From Zygnema circumcarinatum SAG 698-1b (Eukaryota > Plantae > Zygnematophyceae), in the NCBI GenBank assembly GCA_037447605.1, contig CM074817.1:372001-436000 (forward strand): a stretch of 64,000 nt of DNA, in the 5' to 3' direction. A program made the translations under genes and the position numbers. Numbering within the stretch: the first letter of the stretch is position 1; the number at the start of each line of letters is the position of its first letter. The notes under the pieces were generated by a model, which ran no database searches, was not told the origin of the DNA, and worked only from the letters and a program-made list of their open reading frames with translations. This document shows positions 34,650 through 47,984 of this stretch, piece by piece.

Positions 34650-37356
34650 GTCTCTCCTCACATGCCCCTCCTCTCTCTCTCTCTTCCACCCCCTCTGTCA
34701 CTCTCTCTCTCTCTCTTTGTGTGTTCCTCTCTCTCCTTTTCTCCCCCTCTCCCCTGCTCCAGCCTGCCTATGCCACAGGAGCGCGTGCCCTTAGAAATAA
34801 GCGCCGGCAGAATTTGGACCCAAAGCCGCCCACCAGGCGGGCAGGCCGTACGGCCGTACGTGCTCGTGAGGGCAGCGCGGCCGTACGGCCGTACGCATGG
34901 ACGGCCACCTGGCCAGGGTGAAACCGCTCGAGGCCTCCGCCAATGAGCGTGCGCCACCTCCCCCTGCGGATCCGCCCATAGGGAATATCGACGGCGGTGG
35001 GTGACGACTTGCGGGCGGTCCGGCGCGTAAAGAGGCGACGCGTGTCAGGGGAAACTTTGTCGTTTATAAGTTTGTCGTATTAAAGGGTAAGATCGTGCAC
35101 GTGGCGGGGTGCTAGGGCGGAACCAGGCTGGCAGCTCGCTACAGGTCGGAGCGGATTTTACGGCGGGAAGGACGGGCGGGGGTTGGACCGGAGCGGGGGG
35201 GAGGAAACGTTGGGAGGAGGTTTCTGGGAAGGTGCGAGGCGTACGAACGTACGAAAGAGTAATTCAGTTTTGTCTCAAGAGTGCCGACGAGTCCTGGGCG
35301 GCGACTTTCGGGCGGGCGGGAGGAGGACGTTGCAGATGGACGGTTGAGATGGGACGTGCACGAGGATCGACGGCGTAGGGGGGGGAAAGAGCGGCGGACA
35401 CGTGGGGGAGTGCGACGTGGCGGTATGGGAGGCGTCGGGGGAGCGGTCCGCCAATCGCGTGCGAACGGGCGCGTGAGCTGGAACGTGGGCGGGGTGTCGT
35501 TTTGCGGGCAGGCTGGCCGGCGCGCGTCGGTTGCGGGAGGGCCTGGTCGGTGGACCGGCTGTTGCGCAATAAAAGACAAAATGATGACTTGGCGGGCGCG
35601 CGGACGAAGACACGCGGCGTGCCGCCTGGCGTAACGGCGACGTCAAGGCGGCGGAAAGACCGGGGAGGGGCGGGCGGCGCGGGGCCCACCGGGGGCCCGC
35701 TGGGTGGCACGTGCCACGCCGTACGAACGGCTGTCGGTGGATCCGTCCGCCTCCGCTCGGCGAAGGCTACAGTCGAAAGCCGGCGCCGACGTGGAAAGTA
35801 CGGGGCGGCGCGCGGTTGACTGGGCGGTCAAATGGGAGGGAAGTCGTACGGAAGCACCGGTTAATGGCGTCACTGTTTTGGCTCGTAGTGAGCTGGCGAT
35901 GGGCTTCCCAGCAGGTGCGCCTTGACTCGTTTTGTTCAGCGGAAATTCAGAGTTCGATCCCTGAAAATAGGCCGCGATATTGTACGCAAAAAATATCGCA
36001 GAATTATATTCATTTTTTGAATTAATTCGTTAGAACGGACCTGCAGAACAGCGACAGCTGGCGGGTCAAATCTTCGCCGTCCCACAAAAGACGAGCTTTG
36101 GTACGGTCTGTTCGGTCGCTTGCAAACACTGTGTGTACGGAAACCGGAAATATAGCGTAGAACCGAACAGGTTGAGAAATTGTGAAACGAGTTTGCTTCA
36201 TTTCTCGATTTTCAATCCGATTTTTGTAAGAAAGCGAAACGTTCAAAAAACAAGTTCAAAGACTCAATATGTTCGGTCGCATGTGTTGATTCCAATATTT
36301 GCCACGTTGGTCCTGTGCGATTCGAGGGATTCGGTGAACCCGGGCTTCATTTCTGCCGTACGACTCTTCCCGCGAGCCGATCTACATTTTCTGTACGGAC
36401 TTCCGAGTCCACGCGCAATATGATCCACCAAACTTTCATTGTTGATCGGTGGACCCAGGAAAAACTCAAAAAGTGAACACGAACGATATTTAAATTGTTC
36501 GATATTTCAACTGGTTCTCCCAAAATAAATGTATCGAGAAAAAAATAGAAATTCATTTCTCATTTTTCAAATTAATCGTATTCACAAATATGGGGTTATT
36601 TTTGAGAAAATGGTTTCGAATTTTACTCCTTTACTGGTCAAAAACGTTAATTTCTTTTTTTCTCAACCTGTTCGGCATTTACGGTGACGCCGGATGCGTC
36701 CAAAATTATTTTGGCTAATCTGCCCTGCCTGGGCGGCAAAACCGAACCGATGTGGGGATCCTGCCAAGCGACCGCCCGCCTGGCCACCAGGGCGGCAGTG
36801 GATTTTCCTCTACAGATCCGCCTGATCGAATTCAATATGCGACGGCTGCACTCAGACCGCCGACAATCTGTCCGTACGTGCAGCCCCGGGCGTGCGGCAC
36901 CATTCGTATATATGTTTGTCGTTTATGCCTCGGTAACCAGGTGACCCTTTGGTAGTGCTCTCCGCCGGTCAGTAGCCGCCAGCTGGCCACCGTGACAATA
37001 GGGACTCTGATACGACAAATTTTGGACGACGGCAGAACCTTCGCAACCTGCCGGCAGCGGTCAACTGCGCTGCGGCCAATGGCCACGTGCCAGTCTCCTA
37101 CACGACAAAACTGAGCGCGCCGCAGCTCGAGGCAGCCGGCCACGCTTCTCAATTGTTACGGGGGGCAATGATAGAATGGCCACGTGGATGTTTCTGGATG
37201 GCTGCACCAAGTCAATACACGTGCGGGAGGCCTAAGGCTAAGACTCGTCGTGCTGGCGCGCAGCGATAGCTGGCATTGGCCAGTGGGATTTGCCACGTGG
37301 CAGGCGCGAGCCACTGGGCACTGGGCCGACGCAACCAGCGTTGGAATTTCATTCCA

Positions 37357-37652
37357 GTGGCATTCCTGGGATGACTTCGATGACCCGATCGGCCGTGCTA
37401 CTGTGAGCGTAACTTTGGACAGTTCCATGTGAGGTTTTACCGTGCAGGAAATTTTCCTTTAAGTGGCATTCCGCACATGGATCCGATTGGCCGTCACACT
37501 GTAAGCGTAACTGTGGACAGTGCCATGTGATTTTTCCCGTACAGGACAATTCCATTCGTGGCATTCCGCACATGGAAAGGCTCCAAGGACCCGAGCGGCC
37601 GTGCTACTGTGAGCGTAACTGTGGATAGTTCCATGTGAGGGTTGTCGTGCAA
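37357..37652. repeat. Three-copy ~100-bp tandem repeat
   Basis: Units start GTGGCATTCC at 37357, 37463, 37558. Shared core GGCCGTnnnACTGTRAGCGTAACTKTGGAYAGTKCCATGTGA. Confidence 0.85.
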
Positions 37653-39002
37653 GAGCGCGCCCAGTGTGGTGTTGCAACGACAGCACCCCCACACGTTCCC
37701 AACAACTGTAACTTTGAAACACATAGAACGCATCCCTCATACAGAGAAAACTGCGCGTTATATTCCATTTGGCGCGCTTTGCAAGCTCGATCCGCGGCGT
37801 GCATGGACCGGCGGTTCGCCTCCCACCTCGGCTTTTCGGCTTCCGCCGGCCCCGATTGGGAGGCTCTACAAGGCCGAGGCCCTGCCTGTAGCCGCGCCTT
37901 CATACTGGGGATTTCCTTTCCGCGCACGCGTGCACCCTCGCTCAACATATCGGCCAGTAAGCTTTGAGGCGCAAGAGATAAAGATCGTGAAAGCGGCCAA
38001 AATGTAAGGATGGAGCGAAAGGTCTATCTCATATTCTAACTCTTATAACAATTACCCCTACCTTGTAACCCCAGCATGGTCGATAATCATGACAAGGCTA
38101 GGAATTCCGTAAACAATTAGTCGAACGATGGTCCTATCCTTGCATGACAATTCAACCACAAGTTCTAAAACTCTTCGAAAGGGTTTTCAGGTTTGCAAGG
38201 TAATGGTGTTGTAAGACATGACTTGAAATGAAAGTCCAATCGTTGATCCGAGTGGGAGGCAAGCCATGGTGGATCAAGTGCATGGTATGGCATTTGGTGT
38301 TCATTTTGAGCAAGTAAGCCCTGAAGCCCTTCCCTTATCTTTTTCCTTGACGAAAAAAAATGTCACTCTCCTACCTCCCGTTCTCTGTATTCTCACTCAA
38401 CTCCTCCCCACGTCCTCTCCACCCTTCCACCCTTCCCTCTGTATTTCAAAAATGATTTTAGATAACTGTTGACGGTTTGAAGATGTTGGGGTTGGCGACA
38501 TAAATCGTCGCAATGCAATACAGTTTTCTTGAAATAATATGAAGACCGATTTGCAGTCGCTGATCCACTCGTAGGCTTTGCAGCGGCAGTGACCTTCACC
38601 GCTCAGCAGCCGGAGAAGCCCTGCTCGCTTCAGATATCCCCAGCTGCCTTCCAGGATTTGTGAGTTTCCTTCATCATATAAGGATTGCAGCAATCGCTAG
38701 CCAGTGCTTTGCTTGTCCTCGTATGGTGATACCAGGCTCTGTGCCTCAACACGCAAAAGTTGTACATATAACTTCATACTGGCGATCTCCCCCTCCCCCG
38801 CCCGCTTTTCTCTCAATCCACCTCCCTCTTTCTCCACTCTCCCTCTCTCACTCTCTTTCCCTTTCTCCTCTTCCCGTCCTCTCAAAATGTCTCTTCTCAA
38901 ATTCCTAACTCTATGTACAGTTCTTTCTGCACCCTCTTGCCCTCCTTTTCTTCTCACTCTCCCTCCCATTCCCCCCCTCCATCCCTCCACGCTGGAGTAC
39001 AG

Positions 39003-40732
39003 ATTTGTGCGCCGGATAATGGTGACCCCCCCCCTTCTAGCAGCCTTCCATCTTCTCCTTATGGCTCCTCGCCCTCGCCACCGGCTCGACTAACGCCCGA
39101 CTGCAGCGGTCATGGAACTCCTGCAAGTGATGGCCAGGTGCTTTAAGTAGCCTGATTGCACAGTCCTTCGATTTTTTTTTTTCAATGCGATATGCATCAA
39201 TTCAACAGCATTACATCACAGAGAAAATCAACTTCAAGGTCTACTTGAGCTAGTTCCACTTTCCCATAATATAATTCCATCGAATATGATTTTGGAGTTT
39301 GGCGCCGTTCTAACACAGCACACCACTTGAGTTCACATGCTTTCTCTCTCTCTCTCCCTCTCTCTCTCCCACCTCAGACCCTCTCTCTACCTCCTGCCAT
39401 TGTCAGGAGACTAACATCTCTGCATGCATAGTGGCAGACCTGCATTTGTGACGCTGGATGGAAGTCAGTTCAGTCTACAAACACCGGAATCTTTTGCAAT
39501 GGACTCAGTAGCAACAAAACCGAAGTTGCCCCTCCACCCCCTCCTCGTCCGATAGGAGACGGCACGCCAACACTTGTGCAAGACCCACCGTCTGCAAGTT
39601 TACCCCAAGCTGCAGTGAGTTGATACTGTTTCTGCTTCCGTCCTCTGACACTTGAAAAGCATGTACGTTGTTCAAGACTATTTTTTAGCAAAATAGCACC
39701 AAAAAACCAGTAGGATGCTGCTCAGATTCATGCCCCGCAGTGGAATGGTTCAAATGGTTATCGTCCTCTATACGCCCTTTCATTCGTTCTTTGCGATTTA
39801 CTGTCCCCAACTGCTTTCTCCCTCTCTCCCACTTCCTCCCTCCCTCTCTTCGTCCAGTCAGTAGGTCACCCACCGTCGGTGCACGATGGAAGACATCGGA
39901 TAACAGTGCAGATGTTGTCTCTCATCAGTGCGAGTATTGTGCTGCTGCTCCCAAACATGCAGAAGTGGGGCATATCCGCCGGAGCGGTAGCCATCGCCGT
40001 CCTCCTCTGTTTCTGCTGCTGTCGCCGCTTTTGCTGGAGAAAAAAATCGTCGGCGGAGTCCTCCACATGCGCACCCTGGCCAGAGGTGAGATCCCAAAAG
40101 CAAAAAAAAAGGGTTTTTAGGTAATGGCGAGCGGAATGTTGACCTCGCTCTCTCGCCCCCCACACTTTGTAAGATAGATGAGCAACAGTAGCTCTGGAAG
40201 GAATGCAAAACTCTACCTCGCCACAATGCAGACTGTTCCATCCTCATGATAGCTTCTCCCTGCACGCGACTGACATTTCCCGCCTTACATTTGAAGGGGA
40301 TGGCTACCAAGCAAAAGAAATGAGGAATTTATATTGGCTTTGCCCTGTGGCTCATATCTGCGGATGTTGCGTCTTTCGCCGTTGATTAAACAGAACCAAA
40401 GAGGATCCGTTGGCAGTCCTGGCTCGGTCCCAAACGGTGCCCCAATGGTTATCTTTGTGCCCGTTCAAGGGGAGCAGGTGGGTCCCAACGCGTACATAGA
40501 AACGCCCTCGAGCCCGGCATACTCCCACAATGCTCTGCCTCAATCAAGCAATGCGGGAAACGGTGACAGGGAACCGCCTTATTTCTTGACTCTCAACTTG
40601 GAATCTCCACAAGCACTGGGGGAGCCCACTTGCTTTACGCAAGAGGGCTCCAGGCTGCGAAGTGCCACCGCTGGCAGCTACATGCTCGCCGACGCAAACA
40701 CTACAAGGGGGCGGCGCTTCACGGTCCTCTGA
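39003..40732 (+). CDS. Single-pass membrane protein with an EGF-like module and Pro-rich stalk; 5' end unresolved
   Basis: Exons 39003-39137, 39438-39614, 39858-40085, 40394-40732 (phase 0): DCSGHGTPASDGQ/TCICDAGWKSVQSTNTGIFCN, PPPPPRP, TM GISAGAVAIAVLLCFCCC then RRFCWRKK, tail ending RRFTVL. Confidence 0.6.
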
Positions 40733-41225
40733 GAGAGAAATCGACAGCTCTTTACTTCAAGGGGATGATTAGACAAAGTTGAAAGTTGTAACTTAAAGCT
40801 TTTTAGGAATGATGATCCACTCATTATTGCACCGTTAAGAACAACAAGCAACAAGCAAGAAAGGACCATTCGGACATAGCCACAATAATGCCAACCACGC
40901 TGCTACAGACCCTGTTTAGGCGATTGCACCTGCTTTAGAATCTGGTGATTGAACACAGTAGAAAAAAAAGCTATTGTTAATTGCTTGAGACATTGCCTTG
41001 ATATGACACTACTAGTCTCACAACCTTTTCTTTTTCGTTTTTTCCCATTGGGGCATTTCCATATTGCACTTCACTTTTGCACTTGCTAAGCTTTGAAATC
41101 GATGGAACAGGTTGAAAATCGAAGAATACAGTGTCAAAACGAAAGAAGTGACAAAAAAATATTCACGGAATAATAAGAGGTGGGATACGTAGACAATCTG
41201 CTTTCTTGAAATGAGAGTACAATAA

Positions 41226-43216
41226 TCAACCTTTCATAAACTTTCGTGCATGGGCATGGACAGGGGCAGGGGCAGGGGCAGGGGCTTCAGCAGCAGGTGA
41301 ATTTGCGTTCTGTGTTTGGGAATTGGACTGTTCCACGGTTGCACCCGCAGCGACATTGCTCGCAACTTGATTGACATCCTGCTCCTGGTTAACGACCTGG
41401 CCCACGTTCTTATCTGGAAGGACAGTGCTGCTTGCGGGGAAGCTACGCAGCTCTCGTTCACTTGCTCTTTGCTGACGATTCGGAGTACAATGGGATTCTT
41501 CGTCGTACCGCGGGGGTGCATCAGATTTGATGGCTTGGAAGCATGCGGTCTCCTCAATCCCTTCCACCTGCAATGGGTTTTCAGAGCACATCAGTCCAAA
41601 CATGACGAGATGCCGTAGTTGCATACACATACTGTGTACTTACATCGACATGAATATGCACATACATTACAATATTGCAACTGACAAGTTCAAGATCTTT
41701 GATTGGGGAATCCGACATGAAGCTACCCTATACGAGGAACAAGACTGAACAACGCGGGGATGCAGGTTGCAGAAATACTGGTGTTCCAAATACTGGAGGT
41801 CATTCCTTTACAGCAAATGTGCACTACTTACAGAAAGGAGGTCCCCCAAGACGGATGTTGACGCTTGAAAGCAGAGACACCAGCCATTTCTTGATGTCCG
41901 AACTGCATCCTGTATCTCCCAAACATGTTGTACATCGGTTGTCAGAGCCAAATTGCACTCGGAGGGCAAAGCACCACTTCTGAAAAATTAACAAATTTGC
42001 GAGAAGCCATTGGATTGCCTGAAAGTAGGGCCAGGATGACCGACGTCAAGTAAAAAACCGTCAAAATTCAGATGCTGGTATCATGAAACCAGCGAGTGAC
42101 AACTGCGACTCTGCTACCACGATGCAGGAAATGGGTCAGAACCTAAACATAGTCGCAGATCCCACCTCAAGCTGAGAAGAAAACGGGAATTTGGCCTGAA
42201 AGGCGAAGTGTTCAGTGTCACAGGGTCCATTCACCATTGAGCTATTTGTCCTGAAAACATCCTCCTCATTCAACCCAGTGAGTATTAGCCCAAACTGCAA
42301 CCCGTCATCGACGGGTTGCACCCTAGTTGCAACTGAATAGCAGTACGAGACTAGCAAGTTTACTCTGCATCACACAGTTGCTATATAGTATTTTTTTCCA
42401 CTTTCAAAATTCTCAAACAATGTGGTGGCGCTTAGCAGTAGCAGAAACCCTCCACACCGATCATTTTCACTAATCCGTCTATAGCATTCCAGAACAGATG
42501 ATCACCTGAAAAGTGAGAGCTCGGTCCACAGTTCTGGTTGGGGCTGATGGGTACACAGATGAATCTTTGCCCTTAGAGCCTTACTGTTCTGAGGAGCACT
42601 GTTCAATGGCCGGCGGAAGCGGAGGCTGGCTGACGCCGCGTCCAGAATTTCAATATCCATATTCAGTGACTCGAGCAGGAGAGCTGCAATGGCGACCCAG
42701 AGTGCCAAAGAAAGCTGGTTCATGACTACATTCAAAAGAATAATGCAGTTCCACTAAGCGAAGCATAGAATGATGAAGACTAAGGCTTTACAATAATTAG
42801 GTTACAGAGTTAGTCCAAATTCACTAGCGCTATCTTTCTCCACCCTCTCTCGTCTCCATGTCTTTCTCTAATCACTCTCCCTGTCCGTCACCATCTCCCC
42901 TTTCCTCCTCCTACCAACCTTCCAACATCAATCTGCCTTCTTCATAATTCTCTCGCTCTTGCGTATCTCACTCCTCTCACTCTCCTGCAGCTTCCCGCCT
43001 CCTCCCACTCACTCTCTGTGGTTCGTCATAAAAAAAATGTCAGCGCATACCTTCGTTCCTCACATTTCTCCATGGAACGAGACGAAAGATGTCAGCACCA
43101 CCCGCCTGATTCGGATACATCTCCACCTCCCTTTCGTTTCTCTCATCCCTGACAGGGTGGCAATGTACAAATGCAATAACGGCAAACAAAGCAAGGAGCC
43201 ACACCGCCAGTTTCAT
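41226..43216 (-). CDS. Secreted protein of unknown family, paralog A
   Basis: Exon 1 43216-43051 MKLAVWLLALFAVIAFVHC (signal peptide)..FRLVPWR. Exon 42683-42506. Further exons ~42366-42165 and ~41980-41882 (KWCFAL..DNRCTTCLG). Last exon VVNQEQDVNQ..VEQSNSQTQ..PAPAPAP. Confidence 0.6.
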
Positions 43217-44180
43217 TACTTTCTAGGTCGCTCCCTCGCCGAGAACATCGAACCTCATGCCAAGCCCACACGACTCCCGAACTTGAGCACCCTTCTAGAC
43301 TCCTCCCGATATTTCTCCAATGAGCCCTTCCCGCTCCCTCCCCCCCTCACTCTCCCTCTTCCTCCCCTCTCCCTCTCCCTCTCCCACTCCCACTCCCTCT
43401 CCCTCTCCCTCTCTCACTCCCACTCCCCTCCTCCCCCTCCCCCTCTCTCTCTCTCTCTCTTTTCCTTTCCTTTCTCTTTGTCCTCTCCTCCTGTCCACCT
43501 GCTCCTGCCTCGAGTATCGAAGGCCACAGCCTTCCCGCCGCCATGACCATCTGCGGTCGGGCCCTGTCAGGGCCGTCCGTCAATGGCGCCGACCCCCTTC
43601 CGCCCGCCATCCCTCCGTCCCGCGGAGAGCGGCGAGCGGCGTCCTTTGATGAGGCTCTGCGGGCGACGGGCGCGACAGGGCTCCAACGTATTCCATGGCC
43701 TGCTCTGTGCTAGTTAGCGCCCAACCGACTGAACAGTTTGCTACACAGCGAACTGGACAGCAATCTGAGCGGCAAACTAGCTCGATCTCTGTTCGTTGCA
43801 TTGCCATGCGTCTCATGTGCTAGATTGGGACAATGTTCAGTGCTTGTGTGCAGATGTGGCATTGGTCTCACGCATGGCGGTGCTATTTGAATCAATGTGC
43901 ATGGCCAACAAAAATATGGGTAAGCACGAGCCGGTAGGTCACACAATGAGCGCAACCCTGCTTCGAGGCCCAACAACAACTCGTTGCTAGAAGCAGCCAC
44001 GAAGGTCCCCGATGTGCGCCACGTAGCGCGGAGGGCAGGTGGGATAGCCATCGGACGGTCACCACCAGCCGTGACGCCAGGCCAGGCAGCGCTGCACGGC
44101 GATTGTGCTTTTCTGTCGTCCTTTGTTTAGTTTCAATGCCACTTCCACCCTCTTGGTTTGTTTATGTTTTGTGTTGAAGT

Positions 44181-44348
44181 CAGTGGCGGAACTACATATA
44201 CGAGTTGGGAGCTTTAGCCCCCCCTGAGATTTTGAAAATTCAGCTTTCATTTAAATTACCTTTTATGTATTTTTATGCTGAAAACAGGCTTAGCCCCCCT
44301 TCAAAATGGGCTTAGGCCCCCTTAGCAAAAATCTTGGATCCACCATTG
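44181..44348. mobile_element. hAT-type MITE (168 bp) with 8-bp TSD
   Basis: Termini CAGTGGCGGA / TCCACCATTG (imperfect TIR). Perfect TSD GTTGAAGT at 44173-44180 and 44349-44356. Internal TTAGCCCCCC-like subterminal repeats. Confidence 0.85.
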
Positions 44349-44728
44349 GTTGAAGTATAAGGTTTCCACATCGCGTGGGCAGTGGCAGAAGCGGCTGGCG
44401 GCTCATCGTCTCCACATCACGATACTCGCAAATTATCTTCAAATGTTTTTTGTTTTAAAGAGAATAAAAATCTTCCATGGCTTGTGTGCACAGCAAGGGT
44501 CACTTGACTATCATCTGGAAAAGAAAAGGGGTTCTCCTGCGAGGCCCCTGTAACAACTGAACGGGCAAATAGATGATCACAGTCCTACCTGCCATCAAAT
44601 TTCAAAAGGACACTGAACGCCAAGCTTGGACTAGCTATACGCAACCGGGCCATCCGCCACCTCAAATGTCATTGTGGCTTATCGCAAAAGTTCCGAGTAC
44701 ATATCCCAGGGCTCACATCATGCCCATG

Positions 44729-46970
44729 TCAAGGCATCTCATCAAGAAAAGACCAAACAGTCTCTACCGAATCCGCTAAACCTGACGGCAAAATCGCAAA
44801 AGGATCGGGAACTTGAGAGCACGAGTTGGTGAGTACGCAGCCTGTTATAGAATACCGCCCTCCAAAAATTTGAGAGAAGAAGGAGCCCAGCCAGGACGAT
44901 GAAGGAGGCGAGGGATCAGGGGAGATAGTGGTGGAAGGACTGTCCTGAGCTTGGTCCTGCGAGTTGGATTGCATGACATTGGACTTGCCAACCGCACTGG
45001 CATCCTGATTCGCATTTTGGTCTTGGTTGACAATGGTACCGGCGTTCCCACGTTGGTCGTAGAAGGACGCGGAGTCCATCCATTGCTGCAGCTGTCTTCT
45101 CGGGCCATCGGACTCATTATTAGGCTTGCTTTTCAATATCAGTGGATTTCTGCTTGAAGTTGGTATGCTTCGCAGATGCCTTTCCAGCCGGAACGCCGAG
45201 AAGCAGCCGGATTTCTGTTTGAGGCGCCTTCAAGCAGAGAGCAGGGTCAGGAGGTGAAAGTAGCTTCTGTTGAAACAGGTGAAGTATCGTCACAAAGTTT
45301 GCCTAAACAGGAGGTGCAATGGTGATCTGCATTCATACGATGCTCCTGAAAACGACTAAATAAGCGTGTGGAAACCACCTAGTCCACAAAACCATTTTTA
45401 CAGGCTCTGACGCCTCGTCACGAAGTTGTAAGTTTCTCGCCTTCTACCTTCGGACAACACGTATCTCTACCAGCAACCCTGTGTCTAATCAGCAGGAGTT
45501 CACAAGGACAGCATGAACTGACCGGAACATGTTTCAGGCCGCCAGAGGCTAAAGCTTGAACGCAGACACACATGTTACTCCAAGCTTTGTCAATTTCTCT
45601 CTATTGGCACCCCCCGGACGATGTATACGAGGTTGATCAGTAAAACATTTGCCTCGCTAGATTCATATAATCCAATACACGCACATAACCAAACAGAAAC
45701 AAAGAGGCCAGAGAAGTTAAGCACAAGCTAAACATCTATTCTCCACATATTGTGAGTTTCAAAGTGAGCGAAAAAACAATGGAACTGGTTCTAACGCCAC
45801 CATAAGAGACAATTTTGACAGAAACAAATGAAGCAATGGTATTCAAATCTCACACGAAGCTCCACGGGGAGAGTCGCTTCAGCATAAAAGATAACAAACT
45901 CGTTGCTCGAGGATTCGTTGGAGTCAGGTTCGCCCTCCCTGCCACATCCCAAACCAAAGTCTGCGTGAGTTTCGTGATCTGATACAGACAGCCTGCAACC
46001 ACAAAAAATCACGATTAAATCTGTTTATCAGCCATGATAAATGACAGAATGCAACACCGGTTGACTTAGCGTGGAATCTCTGTCGGTTACGTCTGGCAAC
46101 TGGTGACATTCTTCAGAAAAAAGGCTACATGCAAGCATAAAAACATGCAACTTCCGTGATAAACAGAGCGAGGCAGCGGCATGCATAGCAAACGGAGCAA
46201 CGCACGTATACGTATAAGCATGGCACATGTAATCATCTGCAGAGACGATGTAGCAGCAAAAGTTATAGAATTGCCTGAGCTTCCACGCTGGTGCTTGACT
46301 CGAACTCTCTGAATTACAATCCCGAGGCTGCAAGTTCCCCTCCAAAGCTCCGTTCCTCAACCAGTCGTTTCCCGGTAACTGATGAAGATAGAGGCCCAAT
46401 AAAACATGACTGGCATTCTTTGCAATGACGGCTAAAACTCCAGAATCCACATCCATGAATTGGTATTCTCGAGCTGCAACCGAAAATTCCCGCAGCAAAT
46501 CCATTGCAATCTCGAAGAAACTTCGAAACCGAGTCCATCCAACCCAACGATGCATGATAGAATGCAATCAACGAACCAAAGGGTCGTCTACTTGATCGAG
46601 ACGCTAATAATGACAAGGTACATTCCCAGAGGCTGCTAGGAGCCTGGAAATCTGGATCCGTTAATGGGTCACTGAAACATTGGCTAATTCAAAGACCACG
46701 CAGCATAGCTGGCCGTTTCTGGTATAAACGGACCAGAATGCAGGCTTACTGAATTAAATCAACAGAACGAATATTCTTTCTCCACTCGTAACAAATATTA
46801 TCGCAATGCTTACCTTTCTCGAAATCATACCTCCACGGAATTAGCTGGAATTCAATAACACACACACCACGCTCCTGGCTCTTTGATGTGTCCCCTCTCA
46901 TTTTACTTTCAGCAACAAGAGAATACGCGGCCAATATCGCTGCTAAGCCAATAAACAGAAGGAGCTTCAT
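44729..46970 (-). CDS. Secreted protein of unknown family, paralog B (middle exons uncertain, possibly degenerate)
   Basis: MKLLLFIGLAAILAAYSLVA..FQLIPWR; LGLYLHQLPGNDW; FGL..FVIFYAEATLP; DHHCTSCLG; IVNQDQNANQ..VMQSNSQDQ. Each block mirrors paralog A. Confidence 0.55.
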
Positions 46971-47984
46971 CGTCGCAATGTATCCTTCTGAACGAGGGAG
47001 CAACTGCGTCTTAGAAAGAAACAATTCCGAATCCTCCCCGTGCCAATAGAGAGGAAAAACCTTGACTTAAGCCTACCTCCTTCGACGGTGGGAATGGATA
47101 TTGAATGAATCAAACCCAGCAAGGAATTTCAAACCATTCCTCCTCCATGTAGCAATCTCCCTCCAAAATCCTTTGAAGCCCGGAACATCCATGAGTAAAC
47201 CTAGCTGGCTAACCAGCTACTTGATATCTGACGCCTACAAGTGACACTTGCAGCTGACGTTCAGACCGCCTCTGACAGAAGGCGGCGAGACGCCTTCCGA
47301 TGGCGCCGCAGGCGGACGGGCTGTCCGCCAGCCATGGCTGCCCCTTCTCCGTCTCCATTCAGCCTTTCTTGAGGAAAAAAAATAAAACCAGTATATTTGT
47401 CTGGTGATATAATATACATGGCACAATTGACGCGCTAATCGCAGTGTACTGTTTTTAATTTGGATCACGATGCGCATATGTCAAAGCTTGACGCGCGCCT
47501 GAAGGCGGCGTTGGACGTTTGAAATTTTGAAAGCGGCGGCCGCGCCGATTACGGCCTTCAAGGGGTCCCCGAAGCGTCCTTTGGCGGAGTCTTCAGCGTC
47601 CCCACGTGGTGTACCACGTCCTTTTTGAGTTCAGAATTCCGCTGCTTCTCAATAGCTTGTCATCGTTTTGGCTGAAGGAAGGAATGAAAGAATGTGAAGG
47701 AAAATATTATTGGCCGTTTGTTTCAAGTTAAGAGCAGAAATCTCGCCGCGTTCTGGTTTTATGCTTGTGACGCGCTGTTTGATTTTGCTTGATTTCCGTT
47801 CTGAGCTTGTGTTGCTGAGAAGGCAAAACTGAAATAGAGAAAATAACAGTCAAGACGACAGGAGAAAAGTATACTTTCTCCAAGGAATGACCGCCGCGGC
47901 AAAACTCTTTTGTCACTTCAGCATCATCATCCTCTTTGGAATGAAATTTTAGGAGGATAATGTCTGCAAGTGAATGGTCCTACA

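Noticed and set aside
34950-37350. Many overlapping Arg/Pro/Gly-rich ORFs
   Set aside because: Expected from high-GC promoter/intergenic DNA; no splice-consistent model
37357-37652. CRISPR-like appearance of the tandem repeat
   Set aside because: Eukaryotic context, only three units, inter-core segments are homologous rather than unique spacers, and no cas genes
38698-38700. Possible TAG/TAA reassignment (most genes end in TGA; one in-frame TAG)
   Set aside because: Long conserved exons contain no in-frame TAA/TAG, and two gene models end plausibly at TAG
43543-43920. Possible small plus-strand spliced gene (MTICGRALSGP...)
   Set aside because: No recognisable homology and no complete model
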